From: Synechococcaceae cyanobacterium
Lineage (GTDB): Bacteria > Cyanobacteriota > Cyanobacteriia > PCC-6307 > Cyanobiaceae
DNA: 64,000 nucleotides
Assembly (NCBI GenBank): GCA_947461705.1
Contig: CANHMF010000001.1
Coordinates: 388 to 64,387 of the forward strand
Direction: 5' to 3'
The position numbers and the translations under genes were made by a program. Below the pieces are notes generated by a model that was not told the origin of the DNA, ran no database searches, and saw only the letters and a program-made list of their open reading frames with translations. Of this stretch, positions 40,594 through 51,419 are shown piece after piece (the first letter of the stretch is position 1; each line of letters starts with the position of its first letter).

Positions 40594-41162
40594 CGCGTCA
40601 GCCCGCCGCCGCCGCTCACGGGCTGCCCCGGGGCCAGGTCTGGTTCGAGCAGTCCGCTCAGGTCAAAGACCTCCACGCGGGCTTGGCCGTTGTCGAGCAC
40701 CTCTAGGGCCACCCGGCGTGCATCGGGGGCGAGGCTGAGCCGTTGCGGTTCGCGGCCGGCCGGCAGCAGCAGCGGGTGCAGTTGTCCGTTGGCCCGATCT
40801 TCGATCACAGCCTGACGGCGCGGTCCCTGCTGCACCACCAGGGCCAGGTAGCGGCCGTTCCAGCTCAGGGAGGGCGAGCTGTGGGGCTGCTGGCGCCGCA
40901 GGTGGCGCAGGGGGAGCACCTTGCCGGTGCTGCGCTCCTGCAGCATCACCGTGCTGCGCCCTCCCCGTTCCACCACCGAGGCCAGCAGGCGGCCATCACC
41001 ACTGACGGCGGGATCCTGGCGGGCTTCCTGGCCGATGCCCAGGAGCGCCGCCGGCTGGCGACGCACTCCCCAGGGGGTGCTGCAACCCCAGAGCCACAGG
41101 CTGGTGCTGAGCAGGGTGGCGATGCCGGCCCAGCGGCCGCGGCTGGAGGGATGAACGGACAA
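40590..41162 (-). CDS. TolB-like (PD40 repeat) lipoprotein
   Basis: Lipobox LWGC; PAVSGDGRLLA, PSLSWNGRYLA, SLAPDARRVA. Confidence 0.78.
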   Translation of the reverse strand: MSVHPSSRGRWAGIATLLSTSLWLWGCSTPWGVRRQPAALLGIGQEARQDPAVSGDGRLLASVVERGGRSTVMLQERSTGKVLPLRHLRRQQPHSSPSLSWNGRYLALVVQQGPRRQAVIEDRANGQLHPLLLPAGREPQRLSLAPDARRVALEVLDNGQARVEVFDLSGLLEPDLAPGQPVSGGGGLTR

Positions 41163-41173
41163 GCCCAGGGCCG

Positions 41174-42037
41174 TCAGTCGTCGAAGCGGGAGCTGTTGTC
41201 GCGCGGGGCACCAGCTGGCGGCCGCGGGGTCGGCCGCAAGGGGCTGAAATCGGCATCACTCACAGCTGCGTCAGCCGGAGCGTTGCTGGGGTTGGGCCGA
41301 TTGCTGCTGGGGCGCTCTTGATAGGGAGAGCCTTGAGGAACCCCAGGGGCAGGGCGCCGACTGGAGCGAGGCATGCTTTCGGCGGCAGGGGCAGCGGGCC
41401 TGCTGCCGCGGCGCTGGTCGTCGCGGCCCTGGCGACGGGAGCCGAAATCCGCGGAGGCTGCAGCGGCGGCGGGTGGGCCACCCGCCCGGAACCGGCTCGG
41501 AGTGTCTGCGGGGCCGGGTTCCGGGCGTTCGCCCCGGGACGCTGCCCGCTCGGGGATGGCGGCTCGGGCTGCAGGTCGGCGGGGGCGGTAGAAATCGTCC
41601 TCCTCGGGACTTCCTTCGTCGTAGCCATCCTCCCGGGAGCGGATCCGGCGCCGCAGCGGCTGGGGTTCGTCGAAGCGGTCCACGCCCTCACCCCACTCCC
41701 TGCCACCCCCCATGCGGGGCTTGACCGGGGGCTCGTCGTCGTCGAAGTAGGAGGAGCGGCGGGCCTGCTCGGTGGTCACGCCCCGCAGGCGCACGCTCTC
41801 GTAGGCGAAGAACACCGTGGTGCCGGCCAGCAGGAACTGGCCGAACTGGAGGATGGGGTCGAGGCGCCAACCCTGAAAGAACAAAATGCCGCCGCAGAGC
41901 AGGCCCACGGCGGCAAAAAACACGTCGTAGTCGCGCGCCAGGGCTGGCTTGAAGCTCCTCATGAAGTAGAGGAGGGCTCCGCCAACAGCCAGCACGATGC
42001 CGACAATGCTGGCCCAATTCAGGCTGGCGTTAACCAC
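41174..42037 (-). CDS. ycf66: Ycf66 family protein
   Basis: LARDYDVFFAAVGLLCGGILFFQGWRLDPILQFGQ. Confidence 0.92.
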   Translation of the reverse strand: MVNASLNWASIVGIVLAVGGALLYFMRSFKPALARDYDVFFAAVGLLCGGILFFQGWRLDPILQFGQFLLAGTTVFFAYESVRLRGVTTEQARRSSYFDDDEPPVKPRMGGGREWGEGVDRFDEPQPLRRRIRSREDGYDEGSPEEDDFYRPRRPAARAAIPERAASRGERPEPGPADTPSRFRAGGPPAAAAASADFGSRRQGRDDQRRGSRPAAPAAESMPRSSRRPAPGVPQGSPYQERPSSNRPNPSNAPADAAVSDADFSPLRPTPRPPAGAPRDNSSRFDD

Positions 42038-42110
42038 AGATCAAGAGGCCCTGTGTGGCCACTGTAGGCGGGTTGCTGGGAGCCGCTAGGGCTCCAGGGC
42101 CAGCAGCGGT

Positions 42111-42233
42111 TTAGAGCTTGCGGTCAACGCGGTCGTTCTGGCTGATCAGCACCAGGGCGATGCTGATGGGCACCACCACGATCACCGCACCCCACAGGAG
42201 GCTGCTCAGGAAGTTGGCGAGGGAAGGGGTCAT
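42111..42233 (-). CDS. psbX: Photosystem II protein PsbX
   Basis: Manual translation [40 protein letters not shown]. Confidence 0.95.
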   Translation of the reverse strand: MTPSLANFLSSLLWGAVIVVVPISIALVLISQNDRVDRKL

Positions 42234-42310
42234 GGCACCGACTAATCCGTGGCGGATCCTAGGCAGTGATGGCGACTTCCTACGATCAAGTCCCAGCTGC
42301 TTAGAGCTTT

Positions 42311-42649
42311 GTGACGGGACCTGAGCTTCTCTCCCTGGTCCGCCCGGCTCTCCCCGGGGTGCATCTGCTGCTGGGCCTGCTGCTCTCGGGCTGGACGCTG
42401 CTGTTCCTGTTCCGCATCGTGCTCACCTGGTATCCGCAGCTGGATCTCAGCAAGGGAGCCCTGCGGCTGGTGGGCTGGCCCACGGAGCCGCTGCTGGGCC
42501 TGACCCGCAAACTGGTGGCCCCCATCGGCGGCGTGGATGTCACCCCGGTGATCTGGGTGGGCTTGATCAGCCTGGTACGGGAGCTGCTGGTGGGTCAGCA
42601 GGGTCTGGTGACCCAGGTGATGATCCGCGCCAGCGTGCTGCCGGTCTGA
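42311..42649 (+). CDS. YggT/Ycf19 family membrane protein
   Basis: [28 protein letters not shown]. Confidence 0.9.
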   Translation: MTGPELLSLVRPALPGVHLLLGLLLSGWTLLFLFRIVLTWYPQLDLSKGALRLVGWPTEPLLGLTRKLVAPIGGVDVTPVIWVGLISLVRELLVGQQGLVTQVMIRASVLPV

Positions 42650-42668
42650 GGGCGGTGCTGCTCCGGGC

Positions 42669-44027
42669 TCACTTGCCCATGTGCGGCAGCATCTCCTGCT
42701 CCACGAATTTGGTGTGCACATCACCCGCCTGGAATTCAGGGCGATCCAGGAGCTGCAGGTGAAACTCGATGGTGGTGGGAATGCCCGTCACCGCGCATTC
42801 CGAGAGGGCCCGTCGCAGCCGCCGGAGGGCGTGGTCCCGGTCGGTGCCCCACACGATCAGCTTGCCGATCAGGGAGTCGTAGAAGGGCGGGATCTCGTAG
42901 CCCGTGTACACGTGGCTGTCGAAGCGCACCCCGGGGCCGCCGGGGGGCAGCCAGCCGGTGATCTTGCCGGGGGCCGGCCGGAAGTTCTGGCGCGGATCTT
43001 CGGCATTGATGCGCACCTCGATGGCGTGACCGGTGAGCTTGATCTGGTCCTGGGTCAGGGAGATGGGCAGCCCGCCGGCGATGCGCAGCTGCTCGGCAAT
43101 CAGGTCAACGCCGGTCACCATCTCGGTGACGGGGTGCTCCACCTGGATGCGGGTGTTCATCTCCATGAAATAGAAGGCGCCGCTGCGATCCACGAGGAAC
43201 TCCACGGTGCCGGCGCCCTCATAGCCAATGGTGCGGGCAGCGGCCACAGCGGCGTCGCCCATCTGGCGGCGTAGGTCGGCGTTGATGGCCACGCTCGGGG
43301 CTTCCTCCAGCAGCTTCTGGTGCCGGCGCTGGATGGAGCAATCGCGTTCGCCCAGGTGGACCACATTGCCGTGGCGATCGGCCAGCACCTGCACTTCCAC
43401 GTGCCGGGGCCGGTCGATGAATTTCTCCATGTAGAGGCCTGGGTTGCCGAAGGCGGCTTCCGCTTCGCCCTGGGCGGCCTTGAACAGATTCTCTAATTGA
43501 TCGGGGCCGGGCACCAGGCGCATGCCCCGGCCACCGCCGCCGGCGGTGGCCTTGATCATCACCGGGTAGCCCATGGCATCGGCCAGGCGGGCGGCTTCAG
43601 CCACGCTTCCCAGCAGCCCTTCGCTGCCGGGGATGGTGGGCACGCCCACCTTCTGCATGGTGGCCTTGGCGGTGGACTTGTCGCCCATCGAGCGGATGGC
43701 TTCGGGCGAGGGGCCCACGAAGGTGAGGCCGTGGGCCGCACAGATTTCGGCGAAACGATCGTTTTCCGCTAGGAAGCCGTAGCCGGGGTGAATCGCATCG
43801 GCGCCGCGGGAGGTGGCGGCGGCGAGGATGTTCGGAAGGTTGAGGTAGCTCTTGCTGCTGGGCGCGTCGCCGACGCACACCGCCTCATCGGCCAGTTGAA
43901 CGTGCAGCGCGTTCTTGTCCACCGTGCTGTACACAGCCACGGTGGGGATGCCGAGTTCTCGGCAGCTGCGCAGGATTCGAAGAGCGATTTCGCCACGGTT
44001 GGCGATCAGCAGTTTGCCGATGGGCAT
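42669..44027 (-). CDS. accC: Acetyl-CoA carboxylase biotin carboxylase
   Basis: [36 protein letters not shown]. Confidence 0.97.
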   Translation of the reverse strand: MPIGKLLIANRGEIALRILRSCRELGIPTVAVYSTVDKNALHVQLADEAVCVGDAPSSKSYLNLPNILAAATSRGADAIHPGYGFLAENDRFAEICAAHGLTFVGPSPEAIRSMGDKSTAKATMQKVGVPTIPGSEGLLGSVAEAARLADAMGYPVMIKATAGGGGRGMRLVPGPDQLENLFKAAQGEAEAAFGNPGLYMEKFIDRPRHVEVQVLADRHGNVVHLGERDCSIQRRHQKLLEEAPSVAINADLRRQMGDAAVAAARTIGYEGAGTVEFLVDRSGAFYFMEMNTRIQVEHPVTEMVTGVDLIAEQLRIAGGLPISLTQDQIKLTGHAIEVRINAEDPRQNFRPAPGKITGWLPPGGPGVRFDSHVYTGYEIPPFYDSLIGKLIVWGTDRDHALRRLRRALSECAVTGIPTTIEFHLQLLDRPEFQAGDVHTKFVEQEMLPHMGK

Positions 44028-44294
44028 CCAGTGGCAGTCCGGCAGATCCGGCAGCGCAGGCCGTTGGGGACTGTATCAGCGCTCACCGGGATGAGGCCCG
44101 CCGGGGAGGTTGCCTGGGGGCTGTCAGGGCGACTTGCCGGGCGATGGGTATATTGCTCGGACGGAGCGCCCCAGGGCTGCTTCCTCCCCTCATCTGATTC
44201 GACTGATCCTGCGGTTCAGTTGGTCAGAACCCGTCTCAACCCCAGTGGCTAGAGACGTTCTGGTTTGGCCCCGTGGCCAGGCCTGCATAACCAC

Positions 44295-44376
44295 GCGGAT
44301 GTGGTGGAATTGGTAGACACGCACGTTTGAGGGGCGTGTGACTTCGGTCTTGCGAGTTCAAGTCTCGCCATCCGCA
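44295..44376 (+). tRNA. trnL: tRNA-Leu (GAG)
   Basis: GCGGATG/CATCCGC acceptor, GGAATTGGTAGAC D-arm, CACGT-TTGAGGG-GCGTG anticodon arm, long variable arm, GTTCAAGT T-loop; CCA not encoded. Confidence 0.95.
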
Positions 44377-44418
44377 TTTAAAATCTCCCTCTCAGATCCC
44401 CGTTGACGCGTTCTGTGA

Positions 44419-45723
44419 GTGGTACAGCTGGCGTCTGAGCAGCAGCCCGCGACGGCAGCCCGTGCCGCCATCGTCCTGGTCTGCAATGGCCCCGGGGAAC
44501 TCAGCACCTGGGTGCGTCCCCTCGCCCAGCGTCTGCACCGTGAGCTGCCCCTGAGACCGCGGGAGCCGGCAGCTGGCGTGGATCTGGATCTTGTGCTCGT
44601 GCCGTGTCCGAATGCCACGGGTAGCGAGCACCGCGTGGCGGCCGGCATGGAGCTGTTCGCGCGGATCCTGCCGGCCTCACGCTTCTGGTGGCTGCTGCTG
44701 CGGCCTCGCCGCTACGGCCCCTGGCCTCGCCAGGGCGTGGTGGTGTTCCTGGGAGGTGATCAGTTCTGGACGGTGCTGCTCTCGGCGCGGCTGGGTTATC
44801 GCCACCTCACCTACGCCGAGTGGGTGGCCCGCTGGCCCCGCTGGAACGACCGCATTGCGGCCATGGGGCCCGCCGCCGCCAATCGGCTGGCCGCCCGTTG
44901 GGGCAAGCGCTGCACTGTGGTGGGTGATCTGATGGCCGATCTGTCGGAATCGGCCCAGGGGGATTCCCCCTTGCCCCCCGGCCAGTGGGTGGCCCTGTTG
45001 CCGGGCTCCAAGCGGGCCAAGCTGCAGGTGGGCATGCCCTTCCTGTTGGACACGGCCGATCGGCTGGCGGCGGTGAATGGCGCCACGCGCTTTCTGTTAC
45101 CGGTGGCGCCCACCACCAGCGTGGCGGAGTTGCTCGCCTACGGCAGCCCCATTCACAACCCGATTGCCGCCCACTACGGCGCTGGCGATCTGGAGCTCAT
45201 GGACACGCCCCTGGGCCAGGCGCTGCAGACGGCAGCTGGCACCACCATCCTGTTGATCGAGCAGCAACCGGCCCATGGGGTGCTCAGCCAATGCCGTCTG
45301 GCCCTCACCACGGTGGGGGCCAACACCGCCGAGCTCGGTGCCCTGGGAGTGCCGATGATCGTGCTTGTGCCCACCCAGCATTTGCACGTGATGCAGGCCT
45401 GGGATGGGGGCTTGGGGATCCTGGCCCGTCTGCCCCTGCTCAAGTGGTTGCTGGGGGCTGCCCTCACGGCCTGGCGCATGCGGCACCATGGCTTCCTGGC
45501 CTGGCCGAACATCTCCGCGGGCCGGCAGGTGGTGCCCGAGCGGGTGGGGGCGATCACCCCGGCGGACATCGCAGCGGAAGCTGCCGACTGGCTTGCCCAT
45601 CCCGAGCGTCTGGAGGGCATGCGCGATGACCTGCGCAGCCTGCGGGGCCAGCCCGGGGCCGTGGGTGCCCTTGCGGCACTGGTGCGGGAGCTCTTGCCGC
45701 CGGCCTCGGAATCCGCTGCCTAA
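44419..45723 (+). CDS. Lipid-A-disaccharide synthase-related glycosyltransferase
   Basis: NGPGELSTWVRP, FLGGDQ, LLPGSK, TTVGANTAEL, AWPN. Confidence 0.8.
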   Translation: MVQLASEQQPATAARAAIVLVCNGPGELSTWVRPLAQRLHRELPLRPREPAAGVDLDLVLVPCPNATGSEHRVAAGMELFARILPASRFWWLLLRPRRYGPWPRQGVVVFLGGDQFWTVLLSARLGYRHLTYAEWVARWPRWNDRIAAMGPAAANRLAARWGKRCTVVGDLMADLSESAQGDSPLPPGQWVALLPGSKRAKLQVGMPFLLDTADRLAAVNGATRFLLPVAPTTSVAELLAYGSPIHNPIAAHYGAGDLELMDTPLGQALQTAAGTTILLIEQQPAHGVLSQCRLALTTVGANTAELGALGVPMIVLVPTQHLHVMQAWDGGLGILARLPLLKWLLGAALTAWRMRHHGFLAWPNISAGRQVVPERVGAITPADIAAEAADWLAHPERLEGMRDDLRSLRGQPGAVGALAALVRELLPPASESAA

Positions 45724-45752
45724 CTTGAGCGCACTGCCGTTTTCCCCTCGCG

Positions 45753-46202
45753 ATGGCCGACGCCACACCCAACTCCTGTGCCGCCTTCGGAACGCCGCAG
45801 GGCCACGCCGAGCGGGCCGCTGACCACGAGCAGTGGCGCGACAAACTCACCCCCGAGCAGTTCCAGGTGGCCCGTCTCGGCGGTACGGAGCGGGCCTTCA
45901 CCGGCATCTACTGGGACAACAAGGCCCAAGGGATGTACCGCTGCGTGTGCTGCGGCAGCGAACTGTTCAGCTCCGACACCAAATTCGAATCCGGTACCGG
46001 CTGGCCCAGCTTCTGGGATGGGGCCAAGCCCGGTGCCATCAGTACCCATCAGGACGTGAGCCACGGCATGGTGCGCACCGAGATCAAGTGCGCCAACTGC
46101 GACGCCCATCTCGGCCATGTGTTCCCCGATGGCCCCACCCCCACGGGCTTGCGCTATTGCGTGAATTCAGCCTCCCTGGCTTTTGAGGCCCAGCAGGACT
46201 GA
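45753..46202 (+). CDS. msrB: Peptide-methionine (R)-S-oxide reductase
   Basis: [29 protein letters not shown]; two CxxC. Confidence 0.96.
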   Translation: MADATPNSCAAFGTPQGHAERAADHEQWRDKLTPEQFQVARLGGTERAFTGIYWDNKAQGMYRCVCCGSELFSSDTKFESGTGWPSFWDGAKPGAISTHQDVSHGMVRTEIKCANCDAHLGHVFPDGPTPTGLRYCVNSASLAFEAQQD

Positions 46203-46207
46203 ACCCC

Positions 46208-47170
46208 TCACCAGGGGTCGTTGCCCAGGTCGCGCCGGCGCGGTGCGGGGCTGTCGTAGTCCAGCGGCTCCACGTCCAAGGGGCCGTCATCGCGGATGTA
46301 GCGGCGCCCGCCCGGGGCGGCCTGGGGGTTGCGGGGCCGCTCCTCCCGCAGGGGCTCCTCGTCGAGGTAGCGGCGCTGGCGCAGTGGCTCGCGCTCGCGG
46401 CGCTCCTCCACTTCCACGTAGTCGTAGGCCTCGTCGGGCTCAACGCTGCGGGTGGTGGCCGGCTGGATGCGGCGCTGCTGTTCCTGGGCGGTGGGCTGCC
46501 CGGCCGCCAGCTGGTTCTCCACCGGCACCATGTTGAGCCGGTAACGCTCGCGCTCCTCCTGCTCCCAGCTGGGTCCGCCCACGCCGAGCTTTTCCAGCAG
46601 GCCGGTGCCCAGCTGCTTGAGCTTCTCCTCGGCCCCCTCGTAAACGATGATTCGATCGGGTCCGCTGCTCACGATTTCTTCCACGGTGAGCTCCCAGGTG
46701 CTCAGCACCCCTTCGCCGAGCAGGGGAACCCCCAAGGCGCCAAGCACCAGGCTGGTGAGCTCGCCGGTTTCGATGTCAAAGCTGAACCCCAGCACCCGGC
46801 CCAGCTGTTCGCCGGCCTCGGTGACCACCTGGCAGTTGATCACCTTGCTGTAGCGATCGGGGTTGAAGCCCTCGGCCAGGGAATCGGCCGAATCCACCAG
46901 GATCACGTCGCCCACCTGGCGGATGCTCTCCAGCGGCATCCAGCGGGGTAATCCCGGCAGAAAGCGGGTCAGGGGGTTGTCCCGCAGGCCTAGGGCCACC
47001 ACCTCGCGGCGGTCAATGTCCACCACCACCTCGCCCACCACACCGAGCCGCCGGCCGGTGTCACGGGTGATCACCTGGGTCCCCATCAGCTCCGAGCGCA
47101 GCCAGAGGCGATCGCTTGGCGTGGCGGCCGGTGTGGCGGTCGGGTCGCTGCCGGGGGGTGTCGTTGTCAT
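46208..47170 (-). CDS. PRC-barrel domain protein
   Basis: RSELMGTQVITRDTGRRLG; two PRC repeats. Confidence 0.88.
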   Translation of the reverse strand: MTTTPPGSDPTATPAATPSDRLWLRSELMGTQVITRDTGRRLGVVGEVVVDIDRREVVALGLRDNPLTRFLPGLPRWMPLESIRQVGDVILVDSADSLAEGFNPDRYSKVINCQVVTEAGEQLGRVLGFSFDIETGELTSLVLGALGVPLLGEGVLSTWELTVEEIVSSGPDRIIVYEGAEEKLKQLGTGLLEKLGVGGPSWEQEERERYRLNMVPVENQLAAGQPTAQEQQRRIQPATTRSVEPDEAYDYVEVEERREREPLRQRRYLDEEPLREERPRNPQAAPGGRRYIRDDGPLDVEPLDYDSPAPRRRDLGNDPW

Positions 47171-47205
47171 GGGCGCATTGTGGCCGAGAAGCTGGATGGG
47201 AGTGT

Positions 47206-50200
47206 TCAGGCCGCCGGTGGTAATCCCACCACCTGGGTGTGGGCACCGCGGGCCTGGGTCACGCCGATGGTGCGGGTGGCGGCCGCGATCATGGGGCGAC
47301 GGTGGCTCACCACCATGAACTGGGCCTGATCGGCCTGGCGTGCGATCAGGCCCGCCAGCCGCTCCACGTTCACGCCGTCCAGGAAGCTGTCCACTTCGTC
47401 CAGGGCATAAAAGGGCGAGGGGCGGAAGCGCTGCAGGGCAAACAGAAAGCTGAGGGCTGTGAGGGATTTCTCGCCGCCACTCATCGAGGCCAGCCGTCGG
47501 ACGGCCTTGCCCTTGGGGTGCGCCACCAGGCTCAAGCCGCCCTCGAGGGGGTCCTGGGGGTTCTCCAGTTGGAGGAAGCCCTCGCCATCGGAGAGGCCCG
47601 CGAAGATCTCGCGGAAGTGTCCATCCACGGCGGTGAAGGCCTCCATGAAGGCCTCCTGGCGCAGGGTGGCCACGGTCTCGATGCGCAGCAGCAGTTCCTC
47701 CCGTTCCTTGCAGAGCACGTCGAGGCGGTCCTGGAGGTCGGCCAGGCGCTGCTCCAGGTCTTCGAGTTCCTGAAGGGCCAGCATGTTCACCGGTTCCAGC
47801 GCTTCCATGCGCTGCTGCAGGCTGCGCAACTCCGCCTGCAGGGCGTCCAGCCCGTTCTCGCGCACCTCGGCGGGAACCTCCGGCAGGGGATCGGGCAGCT
47901 CTTTCTCCAGTTGGTCCAGCCGTAGGGCGGCGCTGCGCTGCTGCTCGCCAAGCGACAGCAGTTCCTCCCCCAGCCGCTGCAGTTCCCATTCCTTCTGCTG
48001 CAATGTCTGCCGCTGATTGGCGAGCTGCGTCTCCGCCTCATCGCGGGCGCGGCGCCGCTCGCCAAAGCGGGTCTGCAGTTCCCGCTGCTGTACCTCCAGG
48101 ACGGCCCGTTGCTGCTGGTCGGCCTGCTGCTGTTCCTTCCATTGGCTGCGTTCGGCCACCAGGGCATTCACGGCCTGGGCCAGGCGCTGCTCATCGGCCC
48201 CCAGGGCCTGCAATTGGCTGGCCACCCGCTCGGCGGCCAGGCCCCGTTCCCGCCGCGCCGCCAGCAGGTCGTCCCGCAGACGCCGGGCCTCGGTGAGCTG
48301 CTGATCGGCGCTCTCGAGTTCCTGTTGCAGTCCCTGCCAGCGCTCGCTGTCGCCGGAGGCCTGGGCTGTGGCTTCGGCGGATTCGAGCGCGCTGAGCTGC
48401 TGCTGCAACGGGGCCAGGTCCGTGGCCAGCACCAACAGCCGCTCCTGGGCGGCCTGGAGCTCGACTTCGATCTGCCCGATGCGCTGGCTGAGCTGTTCGC
48501 GGCGCTGGAGCAGGGGGTCATGGGAGCGCTGGGCGGCCTTGCGTTCCGCCTCAAGGGCGGCGCGCCGCTGTTCATGGCGGCTCAGGAGGGGCCTCAGTTC
48601 CTCCAGCTGGCGCCCCAGCTCCGCTTCTTTGCGGCGGCTGGCCACCAGGGTTTCGCCCAGCTCCAGCAGGCGGCGGCGCAGGGGCTCGGCCTCGTCGTGA
48701 TCACTGGCGGTGCCGAAGCTCAGCTGGTTGCCCCGCTGCTGGAAGCTGCCGCCGGTCATGGCGCCACTCTTCTCCAGCAATTCACCGTCGAGGGTCACGG
48801 TACGGCAGCGGCCCAGCTCGCGGCGGGCGCTGGCCAGATCCCGAAATACCAGGGTGTCGCCGAATACGTAGCGGAACACTTCGCCGTATACCGTCTCGAA
48901 ACGCACCAGTTCCACGGCGCGTCCCACCAGGCCATCGCCGCCACCACTGCGGCCCGCGGCCGCTCCCCGCTCGAAGGCCGCGCCCGCACCCGCACCGCTG
49001 CCGCCCCGGATCTTGTTGAGCGGCAGGAAGGTGAGGCGCCCGGCTCGGCGACTCTTGAGCAGGTCGATGGCGCGGGCGGCGATGCGGTCGTCGTCCACCA
49101 CCACCTGGCCCAGGCGTGCCCCGGCGGCCACCTCCAGCGCCAGGCGGTGGGCATCCTCCACCTCACCCAGCTGGGCCACGGGGCCGTGGATGCCCTCCAG
49201 CCCCGCCTCCAGCAGCAGCCGCAGGGCGCCGGTGCCGCGGCTTTCCTGCAGGGTCTCGCGCCGGGATTCCAGCCGGGCGATCTCCCGTTCCAGGTTGGAC
49301 TGCTCCTGCTCCAAGCGCTGGCGGGTGCGCTGCTGCAGCGCCAGGGCCTCCACCAGCTCCTGGGCCTTGGCCTGCTCGGCCTGGAGGGCGTTCAGGAGCT
49401 GCTGCCACTCCTCCTCCAGCTGGCTGAGGGAGCTGGCTACCCCCTGGCTGTTGGCGGCGTCCTCCTCCAGCTGCTGGCGCAGTTCCGCCAGGCGTTCCTG
49501 CTCCTGGCGCAGCCGTTCACTCAGCTGCTGTTGCTCCGCCAATCGCGGGGACACCTGCCCCTGCAGCTCCTGGCGCTGGCGGCTGCGCTGTTTCTGCTCC
49601 TCCAGCCAGCTGCCGCTGCGGCCGGCCACCTCGCCCAGCCGCCGGCGTGAGAGTTCCACAGCGGCCTCGGCGGCGCGGCAATCGCCTTCGGCCTGCTCGA
49701 GGCTGGAGCGGTCGTCCGCGGCGGCCAGTTCCCCCTGCTGCTGACGCAAGTCGCCCTGCTGGCGCGCCAGCTCGTGGCGTTGGCGTTGCAGCTCTTCGGC
49801 ACTCAGCTGGTGCTTCTCGGCCTGGCGCGCCAGTTCGCGGCCCCTGGCCTCCAGGCCTGCCAGTTCCGATTGCACGGCCAGCAGGCTGTCTTCACCGAGG
49901 GCCTTCACCTCGGCCTGCAGCAGTTCGAGGGCCTGGGCGGCCTGCTCCAGGGCGGCGCGGCCCTCGCTCACGGCCGTGCGATCGGCGTCCTGTTGTTTGG
50001 CAAGAGCCTCCTGGCGGCTCTTGAGGCTGCGGACGTCTTCCTGGGCCTGCTCGAAGCCCAGCACCTGCTCCTGCAGGCGGCCCAGGTGGTGGCGCTCCTT
50101 GAGGCCCTGATAGGTGCGGGCCTTGGCGCAGTCGCGCTCCAGTTTCTGGCGCGAGATCAGCAGCTCCTGCTGCACGATGGCGCAGCGCTCTTCGCGTTCC

Positions 50201-50817
50201 TGCACCTCCTCGAGCTTGCTGCGGGCCTGTTCGATGCGGGAATCGAACAGGGCCACACCGGCCAGTTCATCGATCAGGCCCCGCCGGTCGCGGGCACTCA
50301 TCGACACGATGCGGGTCACGTCGCCCTGCATCACCACGTTGCTGCCCTCGGGATCCACCCGCAGGCGCCGCAGCTGGGTCTGCAGCTGTTGGAGGTTGCA
50401 GGGCACACCTTCCGCGCTGTAGCTGCTGCTGTAGGTGCCGCCTGGGGCCACCCGCAGCTTGCGGGTCACGCTCCATTCCTTCTGGCCAGGCTGAATCCAG
50501 GGGCCCTCCGCCGGCGCCTCCAGCCCGGCTTCGGCCTCATCGGGCCGCCAGTCGCTGAGGTCAAAGCGCACGGTCACCACGGTTTCCGCGGCCTTGCCAT
50601 CCCGCAGCACGGCGCTGTTCACGAGGTCGGGCAGGCGCTCGGCCCGCATGCCGCGGCTGTTGGCCAGGCCCAGGCAGAAGAGCACCCCATCGAGGATGTT
50701 GCTCTTGCCCGATCCGTTGGGGCCTGTCACCACCGTGAAACCCGGTTCGAGGGGGATGGTCATCGACCCCCCGAACGACTTGAAATGCGTGAGCGCTACC
50801 TGATTGATGTGAACCAA
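47206..50817 (-). CDS. smc: Chromosome segregation protein SMC
   Basis: FKSF, GPNGSGKSN, hinge GRLTFLPL/GAMTGG, MSGGEKS, LDEVD. Confidence 0.97.
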   Translation of the reverse strand: MVHINQVALTHFKSFGGSMTIPLEPGFTVVTGPNGSGKSNILDGVLFCLGLANSRGMRAERLPDLVNSAVLRDGKAAETVVTVRFDLSDWRPDEAEAGLEAPAEGPWIQPGQKEWSVTRKLRVAPGGTYSSSYSAEGVPCNLQQLQTQLRRLRVDPEGSNVVMQGDVTRIVSMSARDRRGLIDELAGVALFDSRIEQARSKLEEVQEREERCAIVQQELLISRQKLERDCAKARTYQGLKERHHLGRLQEQVLGFEQAQEDVRSLKSRQEALAKQQDADRTAVSEGRAALEQAAQALELLQAEVKALGEDSLLAVQSELAGLEARGRELARQAEKHQLSAEELQRQRHELARQQGDLRQQQGELAAADDRSSLEQAEGDCRAAEAAVELSRRRLGEVAGRSGSWLEEQKQRSRQRQELQGQVSPRLAEQQQLSERLRQEQERLAELRQQLEEDAANSQGVASSLSQLEEEWQQLLNALQAEQAKAQELVEALALQQRTRQRLEQEQSNLEREIARLESRRETLQESRGTGALRLLLEAGLEGIHGPVAQLGEVEDAHRLALEVAAGARLGQVVVDDDRIAARAIDLLKSRRAGRLTFLPLNKIRGGSGAGAGAAFERGAAAGRSGGGDGLVGRAVELVRFETVYGEVFRYVFGDTLVFRDLASARRELGRCRTVTLDGELLEKSGAMTGGSFQQRGNQLSFGTASDHDEAEPLRRRLLELGETLVASRRKEAELGRQLEELRPLLSRHEQRRAALEAERKAAQRSHDPLLQRREQLSQRIGQIEVELQAAQERLLVLATDLAPLQQQLSALESAEATAQASGDSERWQGLQQELESADQQLTEARRLRDDLLAARRERGLAAERVASQLQALGADEQRLAQAVNALVAERSQWKEQQQADQQQRAVLEVQQRELQTRFGERRRARDEAETQLANQRQTLQQKEWELQRLGEELLSLGEQQRSAALRLDQLEKELPDPLPEVPAEVRENGLDALQAELRSLQQRMEALEPVNMLALQELEDLEQRLADLQDRLDVLCKEREELLLRIETVATLRQEAFMEAFTAVDGHFREIFAGLSDGEGFLQLENPQDPLEGGLSLVAHPKGKAVRRLASMSGGEKSLTALSFLFALQRFRPSPFYALDEVDSFLDGVNVERLAGLIARQADQAQFMVVSHRRPMIAAATRTIGVTQARGAHTQVVGLPPAA

Positions 50818-50918
50818 TAGGCCCGAGCGCCGAGCACCCAGAAAGGTAGCCCAAGCACTGACGATTTCAAGCCGACGTCCCTACGGTGAGGACAGTCCCG
50901 CGTCAACGCCGTCGCACC

Positions 50919-51419
50919 ATGGACTTAGACACCCCAGCCAACGGCTACGACTCTGAAGTCGGTACGGCCGTTTCAACCCCGCCCGAAGCCAGCCGCGATA
51001 GCGGCGACGCTGCTCCGCGTCCCGCGGCACCGGCCCTGTTCCGCGAGCGCTTTGAAGCGCTGCTGCCGATCATTCAGAGGGAATGGCCGGAGGTGGCGCG
51101 CCACACGTTGGAAGCCACCCGCGGCAGCTTGGATCTGGTGGTGGACGTGATCGCCCGCCAGACCGGCCGCACCAGCGAGGGCGTCAAGGCCCAGCTGATG
51201 GACCTGGTGCATGTCACCACCGATCAGGCCCACCACCTGGCCGATTCGCTCAAGCCCCTGGAAGATCAGCTCGAGCATCTGCTCGATGAGCTGAACACCA
51301 GCCTGCGGCCCCGGATCGAGAAGCCTGTGCGGGAGCGCCCGCTCATGGCCCTGGGAATCGCCGCCGGGGTGGGTCTGCTCACCGGCCTGCTGCTGGCATC
51401 CGGCCGCCGATCCGCATGA
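50919..51419 (+). CDS. YqjD/ElaB-like tail-anchored protein
   Basis: C-terminal VRERPLMALGIAAGVGLL.GLLL..RR anchor; start may be 50886. Confidence 0.7.
   Translation: MDLDTPANGYDSEVGTAVSTPPEASRDSGDAAPRPAAPALFRERFEALLPIIQREWPEVARHTLEATRGSLDLVVDVIARQTGRTSEGVKAQLMDLVHVTTDQAHHLADSLKPLEDQLEHLLDELNTSLRPRIEKPVRERPLMALGIAAGVGLLTGLLLASGRRSA

Noticed and set aside
44295-44420. tRNA-Leu as island attachment site
   Set aside because: No integrase and no repeat of the tRNA 3' end seen; flanks are housekeeping genes
47206-50817. CAG/CTG-rich repetitive sequence; possible Wadjet-type defence SMC
   Set aside because: Coiled coils of canonical hinge-containing SMC; no jet genes adjacent
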